This document shows, in pieces, positions 15,571 through 23,900 of a stretch of DNA of 24,849 nucleotides (position 1 is the first letter of the stretch; every line of letters begins with the position of its first letter). The stretch lies in the IMG/VR virus record IMGVR_UViG_3300016471_000011, positions 1-24,849 of that record. The stretch is one strand, 5' to 3'. The notes under the pieces were generated by a model. The model did no database searches. It was not told where the DNA came from and worked only from the letters and a program-made list of their open reading frames with translations. The position numbers and the translations under genes are program-made. Source of the DNA: a virus (Duplodnaviria; Caudoviricetes).

Positions 15571-16688
15571 GGATCTTCCTGACTCATTCAAGGACGGTGT
15601 CTACCGAAGACACCAAAGTCTTCCAAGACCATCCCTATCCCCAAAAGATCCACTGGTTTCCTGAGAGCTATGCACGGGTCAAGACAGGTCTAGTGTGCCC
15701 GCCGCACATCGTGGCCGAGAAGATACTGACCCCGGACCTGTTTGCTCTTTTGAAACAGACCCAGCCAGGCAAGACAGCTTTCATCTTGGCTTCCGGAAAC
15801 AGCAACTTTGCTGCCGAAGGCCATAAGATGAAGTTTGAGAATGAGCTCTCGTACAACTACAAGATCCTTCCCCTGTCCCTGACCCAGATCTATGCCGGAA
15901 GGCTTGCTGCGCAGTGCGGGGAGATAGATCACACGGCCACGGATGCCACGGCCTGCACTTCCAGCCTCAAGGTCTTGATGGACGTCCAGACCCTGATCAA
16001 GTTCTACGGCTTTGACAGGGTCATCGTGCTGGCCGTTGAGGATCAGGTCAACAATATGACCCTCCAGTTTTTTGGCGAAGCCAAGGCCACCTTGACAGAG
16101 AGCATGGCCGAGACTCACCAGGTGGTCCCCAGTGCATTCGATGGGCGCAACTTTGGGTTCTACATAGGCCAGGGGGCCGCACTGGCCGTATTCGAGTCTG
16201 AAGAGGCCGTCAAGCGTTCCGGGTTAGAAGTTACGGCCGAACTGGTCTCAGCTTACACCGCCACCGAAGTCCTGACCAACACGATCGGCCAACGCGAGGA
16301 CGGTCAGGGGTTTGTCCGGGCGATTAAAGGAACGCTTGAACTTTGTCAAATTAGTCCAGAACAAATTAAAATCGTGAAGACTCATGGGACGGGGACCAAG
16401 TCCAATAATGCGGCGGAGAAGGCCGCTCTGGACTCCACCCTGAGTGGGTTTGTAGCGACATCGTATAAGCAGCGAATCGGCCATACGATGGGAGCGAGCG
16501 GACTCTTAGAGACCCTCTTGCTGTTCAAAGATTTGGAGAAGGGCATTGTGCCTGAGATCCTCAACCGAACAGAGAGGGACGACCGGTACCTCTCACATCC
16601 TGTTGAGGCTCCGGATGGCATGGTGCTCAGTTTGAGTGCTGGCATGGGGAACGTCTTCAGCGCCGCACTGTTTAACGTGAGGATCTGA
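15567..16688 (+). CDS. Beta-ketoacyl-ACP synthase, FabF/FabB-like ketosynthase (divergent)
   Basis: TACTSS (Cys130), PSAFD...GFYIGQGAA, KTHGTGT (His273), SYKQRIGHTMGASG (Lys301, His306) and SAGMGN at the SFGFGG position give a complete Cys-His-His triad. Confidence 0.9.
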   Translation: MRIFLTHSRTVSTEDTKVFQDHPYPQKIHWFPESYARVKTGLVCPPHIVAEKILTPDLFALLKQTQPGKTAFILASGNSNFAAEGHKMKFENELSYNYKILPLSLTQIYAGRLAAQCGEIDHTATDATACTSSLKVLMDVQTLIKFYGFDRVIVLAVEDQVNNMTLQFFGEAKATLTESMAETHQVVPSAFDGRNFGFYIGQGAALAVFESEEAVKRSGLEVTAELVSAYTATEVLTNTIGQREDGQGFVRAIKGTLELCQISPEQIKIVKTHGTGTKSNNAAEKAALDSTLSGFVATSYKQRIGHTMGASGLLETLLLFKDLEKGIVPEILNRTERDDRYLSHPVEAPDGMVLSLSAGMGNVFSAALFNVRI

Positions 16689-16690
16689 TC

Positions 16691-17149
16691 ATGCCAGTTG
16701 TCGATAGCAAACAGCAAATGCTCCAAGTCGGGGATGTTCTCAGAGTTGCTGCTGAAAACACCAAGAGCGAATACCCCGTCGAGTTCGTCTACGCGACCTT
16801 CGTCAAAGAGGTCCAGATGCCTGGCAGCAAATTCCTTCGCTACGGCAACACGATCTACGTCATTCACGCCTCCGAACGAGAACCTCGCAAGGGAATGTTT
16901 CGCGCACTGAACGCGGACACCGCCCAAAATTTCATGGCTTCTGGTTTCCAGTTCGTCATCGACGCTTACAAGGCTGGCTTTGACACATTGGTCACCCAGT
17001 TCCGAGACCAGAGCCTCATCAACATCTTCCGAAATGTCGCAAAGAATCCGCCAAACCCTGGCATGGGCTACAACGTCCAGATGCTAGGCAATGGTGAATA
17101 TCAGGTGGCTTTGCAGCTTGGAACACCTCGTGGAGGAGCTAGAGAATGA
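16691..17149 (+). CDS. Hypothetical protein, possibly GNAT-fold acyltransferase
   Basis: 152 aa with an inferred helix-helix-strand-strand-strand-helix-Gly-strand pattern (..FVIDAYKAGFDTLVTQF). Sits where many podoviruses carry a GNAT-like gene, just before the ejection proteins. Confidence 0.45.
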   Translation: MPVVDSKQQMLQVGDVLRVAAENTKSEYPVEFVYATFVKEVQMPGSKFLRYGNTIYVIHASEREPRKGMFRALNADTAQNFMASGFQFVIDAYKAGFDTLVTQFRDQSLINIFRNVAKNPPNPGMGYNVQMLGNGEYQVALQLGTPRGGARE

Positions 17150-19194
17150 GTGCCGTTGTCGATTTTGTTGAAGACGTCGTTGGTGGCGTCGTTGAGGCCG
17201 TTGGCGATGTGGTTGAGTCCGTCGTCGACGTGGTCAAGGACGTTGGTAGTGCGATCGATGACTACGTCATTCAGCCCATCCTAGATGACCCACTGACTGC
17301 CATTGCCACGGTGGCAGGTGCAGCATTCTTAGGCCCGGCAATCGCCCCTATGCTTGGCACGGGTCTTGGAGCCGCAACTGGCTATGTCGCAACTGGACTT
17401 GGTGCAGCCGCTGGTAACACGGCCGCTGGCTTGGCGCAAGGCGAAGACTTCGACGATGCTGTTAAAGGTGGCCTGCTTGCTGGTGTTACAGCTGGCGCAA
17501 CGTCTGCCGGCTTTGATTACTTGACAGGTGCAGGTGCATTTGGCGCAGAAGGCGCAGGTACCCCATCAACCGCTGCGGCTGCCGCTCCTGATGAAGCCTT
17601 GCTGACTTCCGCAGCTACGCCTGATGAGTTTCTTTCTTCCAGTGCTTCTCCTGTTGCTGAAGCTTTCCCTGTTGCCCCACGTCCTGAGATTGTCGCAACA
17701 GATCTTCCACCCCTGACCTCTATTGCAGATGATGCATTGACCAGTGGAGCATCTGGGACCTCTGGAGCAGCAGCCTCTGTTGTTGATGACGCCGTTGCTC
17801 CTCCTTCAGTCACCGGCCCAGAAGTTTCTCGTGATTGGCTGACAGAAGGTGTCAAGTTCCCCAAGACCGATGGCATTGCTGCCCGCGAGATTCCGTTAGA
17901 CACTCCCCTCAAGTACAACCTTGATGGCAGCGTGGACTACGGCTTGATGGCAGGCATTCCTGAGACTTCGCCGATTGGATTTAAGCCAGGTGGTGGCGCG
18001 GGCCTGAATGTGCAGGTTGATGCATTGCCTGATTTCACGTACAGCATGGACAGTCTTGACCCATCCATTCGTGGCATGGGAGACACCTGGGTTGGTGAGA
18101 ACGGAAAGCTCTATGGTGTTGGAACTCCAGAGGGCATGATTACAGAGACAGGTTTCCAGCCGCTTCCACCTCAACTGGCAACCACAGGTCCATCAACCAC
18201 TGCTGGCAGTACTGCAGGAGCAGGCAAGACCCTTGGTGACAAGCTCAAGAACTTTGAGTTTGGCGACATCAGTTTGACTGACGTGGGCAAGGCAGCGATG
18301 AATTATGCTGTCGAGAATCCACTCACTACACTGGCTGCCGCCACGCTTGCAACAGGGGTCTTGACTGGCGCCGGAGCTCCTCCTGCAGGTGCAGGTGGTC
18401 CTCCTGCTGGAGGCGGTACTCGGGACGAAAACTTTGGAAAGCAGCTGGACTACTACAACTACATGCGGGACCTCCAAGCTTACGGTGGCGACCTAACAAA
18501 GTATGGTGAGCGCCCTGGCGAGCACCAATTCTTTGTCAACACTCGCTTTGAGCCTGTGCCAATTCCAGTGGCTCCTCCGCCTGGTAACAAGACGGGCGGC
18601 TTGATTCAATACAAGCAGCACCTTGCAAATGGCGGTATTGCTGGCCCCCAGTCTGGCCAAATGCCTCAGACTCCACAAAACGCAATGAGCCAACGTGAGG
18701 CCATGATGGCGGCTATGCAGCAACGCGCTGCAATGGCCAAGCGTCAGGGGGCTCTGGCTCAGATGCAAGGTGGAATGCCCGGCGGCATGCCGATGGCTGC
18801 CCCTGGTCGTGCACCTCAGGGAATGCAAGGCATGATGCCTCAGCAACAACCCGCTCGTCAGGGCCCCATCAACAGGAATCCGAAGACGGCCTACTACCAA
18901 TATGGAACCCCTCCGGCTATGGCGATGGGCGGAGCCCTGAACATGGTGCGCAGCATGAACATCGGGGGCGGTGCCGACGGCAGATCTGATGACGTTGACG
19001 CCTTGCTGAGCGACGGCGAATACGTGATTGATGCCGAGACCGTGGCTCTGTTGGGCAATGGATCCTCTGAAGCAGGTGCAAAGCGCTTGGATAAGATGAG
19101 GTCCGGCGTTCGTCAGCACAAAGGCAAAAACTTGTCCAAGGGCAAGATCAGCCCGAATGCTAAGAGCCCACTGGCCTACATGAAGGGAGCCTGA
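17146..19194 (+). CDS. Internal virion / DNA ejection protein
   Basis: N-terminal amphipathic acidic helix, G/A-rich hydrophobic segments, low-complexity linkers, four xxxGG motifs, and a C-terminal GRSDDVDALLSDGEYVIDA domain. Confidence 0.65.
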   Translation: MSAVVDFVEDVVGGVVEAVGDVVESVVDVVKDVGSAIDDYVIQPILDDPLTAIATVAGAAFLGPAIAPMLGTGLGAATGYVATGLGAAAGNTAAGLAQGEDFDDAVKGGLLAGVTAGATSAGFDYLTGAGAFGAEGAGTPSTAAAAAPDEALLTSAATPDEFLSSSASPVAEAFPVAPRPEIVATDLPPLTSIADDALTSGASGTSGAAASVVDDAVAPPSVTGPEVSRDWLTEGVKFPKTDGIAAREIPLDTPLKYNLDGSVDYGLMAGIPETSPIGFKPGGGAGLNVQVDALPDFTYSMDSLDPSIRGMGDTWVGENGKLYGVGTPEGMITETGFQPLPPQLATTGPSTTAGSTAGAGKTLGDKLKNFEFGDISLTDVGKAAMNYAVENPLTTLAAATLATGVLTGAGAPPAGAGGPPAGGGTRDENFGKQLDYYNYMRDLQAYGGDLTKYGERPGEHQFFVNTRFEPVPIPVAPPPGNKTGGLIQYKQHLANGGIAGPQSGQMPQTPQNAMSQREAMMAAMQQRAAMAKRQGALAQMQGGMPGGMPMAAPGRAPQGMQGMMPQQQPARQGPINRNPKTAYYQYGTPPAMAMGGALNMVRSMNIGGGADGRSDDVDALLSDGEYVIDAETVALLGNGSSEAGAKRLDKMRSGVRQHKGKNLSKGKISPNAKSPLAYMKGA

Positions 19195-19195
19195 T

Positions 19196-20899
19196 ATGGG
19201 GTTGCTTGACTTTCTGTTCCAGGGAAGTCCTCCGCCGTCTGTCACCACTTACGGTGAGACGACGACTGATCTTCCTACCTGGTATAGCGACTACACGCAA
19301 GGCTTGATCAGTCGCGCCAATGCGATTGCGGCCGAACCGTACCGGGCCTACACGGGTCAGAGGATTGCTCCACTCGACACGGCGCAAACCACAGCCTACA
19401 ACAAGGCCCTTGGTCTAGAAGGAACCTACACGCCAACAATGACTGCTGCCATCTACTCTGCAACTCAGGGTGGACTTGGCAGCGCTCTTGGTCAGGCGCT
19501 TCCGTACTTCCAACAAGCCCAAGGCTATAACGCCTACAACGCAGCGACCCCGATGCTCGGGGAAGCGGCAGGCTTCTTGCGCCAACAAGTTGGTGATACC
19601 AGCGCCTTGGCCCAACCGTACTTTAACCAGGCGGGATCTTTAATTGGCACAGGCACTCAAGGTACAGCTGGTCTTGCATCTCCATTCCTGAACCTGGCTT
19701 CTCAGCAAACCGGTCAGGCGGGAGCAGGAACTGCTGGTCTTGCCACCCCTTACTTGCAGCAGGCGGCGGCAGGCACGGCCATGTCTGGAGCCGCCGATAC
19801 CGCCGGACTTGCAAGCCCCTACATGCAGCAGGCAGGCCAACTGTCTTCTCGTGGCGCCCAAACGGGAGTTAGCGGCATTGAAGAATACCTGAACCCCTAC
19901 CAGGAACAGGTGGTTGATCGCATTGCTAAGCTAGGGCAACGGAATCTCCGTGAGAATCTACTTCCCGAGATTCAGGATCGGGCTATTGCGGCTGGTCAAT
20001 TTGGTGGCAGCCGTCAAGGCGAAGCCATCGGTCGGGCCCTGCGAGATGTTCAAGAATCCACCCTGGCTGCTCAAGGACAAGCTCTTCAACAAGGCTACAG
20101 TCAAGCGGCTCAGCAGCAAGCAGCAGATCGAGCTCGTCAACTGCAGGCGGCACAGCAACAAGCGCAATTTGGGCAGCAGGCGGCTCAACTGTCTTCTGCG
20201 GATTATCAGCGGATGTTGTCCGCCGCCGGTCAGCAAGCAGCTATCGGTCAAAGCATGGCTGGTCTCAGTGCCGCGGATCAGCAACGCCTGTTGTCCGCAG
20301 CTGGTCAGCAAGCAGCTATCGGTCAAAGCATGGCCGGCCTTACGTCCGCCGACTACCAGCGCATGCTGGCAGGTGCCCAACAGCGGGCTGCCATGGGTCA
20401 GGCAGCAGCAGGACTTGAAGGTGCAGACCTTGCAAGGTACGGCCAGGCAGGTGCTCAGTTGGGGGCCCTTGGCCAGATGTATGGAAGCTTGGCAGGAGCC
20501 ACTGGTCAACAACTTGCGACTCTTGGTCAACAGACTGGGGCACTTGCTGGCCAGGACTATACCCGTCAACTTCAGGCTGCTCAGCAGCTTGGAACACTGG
20601 GTCAGATGCAACAGGCCATGGGCCTCCAGAACATCGGGGCCTTGGAAGCAGCAGGATCTGCTCAACAGCAGCAGTCTCAGCGCAACTTGGATCAAGCTTA
20701 TGCCGACTTCCTGGCTCAGCGCGAATACGACCGCAACAACATTGCATTCCTCAACGCCGCTATCCGCGGCTTGGAGATCCCAACCAGTACGTCGACGACT
20801 TCTACTGGCCCTGGCAGCGTATATCAACCGTCGCCGCTGTCGCAACTGGCTCAGGGTGCGGCAAGCATCTACGGCTTCAAGAAGCTCTTTGGCGGATAA
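19196..20899 (+). CDS. Internal virion / DNA transfer (pilot) protein
   Basis: Q/A/G-rich helical protein. YLNPYQEQVVD, AIAAGQFGGSRQG and QRNLDQAYADFLAQREY are typical of podoviral ejection proteins. Confidence 0.7.
   Translation: MGLLDFLFQGSPPPSVTTYGETTTDLPTWYSDYTQGLISRANAIAAEPYRAYTGQRIAPLDTAQTTAYNKALGLEGTYTPTMTAAIYSATQGGLGSALGQALPYFQQAQGYNAYNAATPMLGEAAGFLRQQVGDTSALAQPYFNQAGSLIGTGTQGTAGLASPFLNLASQQTGQAGAGTAGLATPYLQQAAAGTAMSGAADTAGLASPYMQQAGQLSSRGAQTGVSGIEEYLNPYQEQVVDRIAKLGQRNLRENLLPEIQDRAIAAGQFGGSRQGEAIGRALRDVQESTLAAQGQALQQGYSQAAQQQAADRARQLQAAQQQAQFGQQAAQLSSADYQRMLSAAGQQAAIGQSMAGLSAADQQRLLSAAGQQAAIGQSMAGLTSADYQRMLAGAQQRAAMGQAAAGLEGADLARYGQAGAQLGALGQMYGSLAGATGQQLATLGQQTGALAGQDYTRQLQAAQQLGTLGQMQQAMGLQNIGALEAAGSAQQQQSQRNLDQAYADFLAQREYDRNNIAFLNAAIRGLEIPTSTSTTSTGPGSVYQPSPLSQLAQGAASIYGFKKLFGG
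20189..20488 (+). repeat. Four 25-aa (75-nt) tandem repeats in the ejection protein
   Basis: LSSADYQRMLSAAGQQAAIGQSMAG / LSAADQQRLLSAAGQQAAIGQSMAG / LTSADYQRMLAGAQQRAAMGQAAAG / LEGADLARYGQAGAQLGALGQ.... A 32-nt stretch is identical at 20228-20259 and 20303-20334. Confidence 0.85.
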
Positions 20900-20917
20900 C
20901 CGGACACGAGGTAGAAC

Positions 20918-23900
20918 ATGGCATTGACAGACAACGAAGACGATACCATCGAAGAAGGTCAGGGTTCCGAAGGCGGAACTCGCGTCATTGCAGACACCGC
21001 TGGCTATACCTCCAGAGCCAATCAGAATCCTTACACCAAGGACCTGAATGACTTGCTCAAGAAGTATTTGGAGCAAACGGACCGCCAGGCCACCGAAAAA
21101 GAAAGACTGCTAGATCAGGCCCGTCAAAAGTTGATGGCCCGCTCCTCTGGTCCTAGTGACGCAGAGGTGGCTTTCCGCTTGGCTGCCGCATTTGGCAAAC
21201 CAACGCGCACCGGCAGCTTCTTTGAGACTCTTGGTGGCGTTAATGAGGCCACTGCCGGTGTTCTTGGTGAACGCCGCAAGGCCCAGCAAGAGCTTGAGGA
21301 TCTTGATCTGAAATACCGGATGGCTGGTCTTGACACCAAGTCTGAAGGCATGAAGACCAAGATCAGTGCCCTTTCGACCTTGGCCCGTTCCGTGCCCAGG
21401 GACAAGGTGCCTGAAGTCGTGGCCATGCAGCAGATCGTGGACGATCCCAATGCGTCGCCAGACGCCAAGAAAACTGCACAAGCCCGCATCACCTACCTGA
21501 CCACACGGGCAACACCTCAGGGTAACGAGATCGATCAATTGATCGCCAAGATCAATGATCCGAAGACTCCCCCTGAAGCCAAGCGCATGTATCAGCAACG
21601 CTATAACAAGCTGGTCCACATACCCCCAAGCGGTACTGACGCTGTTGCAAGCAAGCCTCAATCGCCCCAGGGTCGAATTGCGGCCGATGAAGGCTTGAAG
21701 CCAGGGACCCCTGAGTACAACCGCAGGGTGCAGACCCTGGTTCAGCAAGGCCAGAACAGGCTATCTGCGACCGAGATGAAGATGCAAGATGAGCTCAAGG
21801 ACCGGGTTGTTGCCGGTCGCGAGGTCTTGCTGACTCTGGAAAAGGCTTTGAAGCTGAACGAAGTTGCATACGAGGGATCGACGGCAGGGGCCCGTGAGGT
21901 TGCTGGCCGCCTGGTTCCTCTGGTTCGTAGCAGCGAGGCGCAGACAGCGACTGCGGAGCTGGAGAACTTGATTCTCAGCAACGCGCTGAGCCAGCTGAAG
22001 GTGATCTTCGGAGCAGCACCAACTGAAGGCGAACGCAAGATCTTGGTCGACCTGCAAGGCTCTATCAACAAACCTGCAAAGACCCGTGAGACCATTTGGA
22101 AAAATGCTCAGGCAGCTGCGGCCCGCCGCCTTGCCGACAACCAGAAGCGGTTGCAAGACCTGACTTCAGGAGCATCGGCCCGTAGGGCCGCAGAAGAGCC
22201 AGAAGGCCAAGCCCGGGGCGGTCCTGTTCGGATGGCCAACGGTGGCGAATTAAGCCTTGCCAATCTTGGTCGGGCGGTTGGTCAGGGCCTTGGATTTGGT
22301 TTTGGCGACGAAGCCGTAGCCAGGGTTCGCGCCAGGATGGAAGGCCGGCCCTACGAAGATGTGCTTCGTGAGGAACGTGAAGCCTATCAAAAATTCAGCG
22401 AGAAATACCCCATCACTGCGATAGGAACCGAATTGGTGTCCGGCGCTGTTCCCACTGTGGCTGCCATGTTTGTTCCTGGTACCCAGGCAGCATCTGTGGT
22501 CGGCGGCGCCCGTATGGCTCAAGCAGCTCAGAGATTTGGCTCTGTCCTGCCAAAGTTCATGACGGGCCAGATGGGTAAAGCTACTGCCGTCGGAGCGGGA
22601 ACAGGAGCCGTCTCTGGAGCAGGAACTGCAATTGAAGGCGAACGCGGCACGGGCGCTCTAACGGGCAGCGCAACGGGGGCAGTCATGGGCCCGACCGTCG
22701 CCAAGGGCATTGATCTCGGTGTTCGTGGCGGCAAAGCCCTCAAGAACGTCATCAAGCCATCGCCTCAGACGGTCCAAGATCGGGCCAACATCAAGGTGCT
22801 GGAAGCAATGAGTCGTGACGACATGACTCCTGCAGATGTCAGAGCCAAAATGCTTGCCGATCAACAGCTGGGTACCAAGCCGATGCTGATGGACGTCACT
22901 CCATCGACTCAGACCCTGGGTGAGGCAGTTGTGACGTTGCCTGGCCCTGGCCGCAAGATTCTTGCAGGTCCTCTGGGCGAACGCTTGGAACAGGGCCGTG
23001 ACCTGGTTGGCCAGCGCGCCAGCCAGACCTTGGCCAGGGGCCAAGACTTCACGGCAACTGAAGACAGCCTGATGGGCCGTCTCCGTGCAAACGCCAACAA
23101 CATGTATGACAAGGCCTATGCCCACGGCTCCGTGGACGATACCCGTCTGCTGACCGTCTTGGAAGACGACACCTTCAAGAGCGCCTTCCGTGAGGCCCAG
23201 CGGATTGCCGGTAAGGAAGCAAGGGCTGCCGAACTCCGTGGGGAAGATCCTAGCCGCTTCAAGTTGAATGACATCTACGACCTTGATGACAAGGGCAACA
23301 TGGTGTCGGTTGGCAAGATTCCTGACGTCAGGACCCTGGACTACATCAAGCGCGGCATCGATGCCTTGATTGACAAGGGCTACAAAGGCGAGGGCATGGG
23401 CAAGGCAGAGGCCAACGCGCTCAAGGACCTTCGCAAGGCCTTTGTTGGCGTCATTGACGAGAACGTGCCTGAGTATGCGGCCGCTCGTGCCAAGTACGCC
23501 GGCGACATGGAAGTTCTCGATGCTCTCCGCCTTGGCAAGGACGAGTACTTGACACCGAAGATGCTGCCTGAGCAGGCCCGCAAGCTTGTCAGTGGCATGT
23601 CTGATGCTGAGAAAGATGCTCTCCGTATTGGAGCCGCCCAGTCGATCATGAGCAAGATCATGGATGCTCCCCAACAAGTCAATGCAGCCCAGCGGGTCAT
23701 TGGTGCTCCAGCAACCCGCAAGCGCCTAGAAGCCTTGTTTGACAACCCAGCCGAGTATCAGGTATTTGAAGCTGCCTTGAAGCGTGAGGCAGAGCTGTTC
23801 CGCAACGCGCAAGAAGTGATCCGCAACAGCCGTACTGCCAACAAACAGGAAGCAATCGCTGACCTCAAGCGCTCGACGAACGTCTTGGACATTGCTGGCG

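Noticed and set aside
15280-16688. ACP/KS as bacterial contamination, chimeric assembly or a secondary-metabolite cluster
   Set aside because: The genes overlap their phage neighbours by ATGA/GTGA on the same strand, with no visible junction or mobile-element ends and no other biosynthetic genes.
20228-20334. 32-nt direct repeat with a 43-nt spacer resembling a mini-CRISPR
   Set aside because: In frame within a CDS with a 75-nt period matching a protein repeat. The spacers are themselves homologous and there are no cas genes.
19950-21076. Long alternative-frame ORFs (19950-20927 +, 19958-21076 -)
   Set aside because: Shadows of the repetitive Q/A/G-rich gene, with no RBS or protein-like composition.
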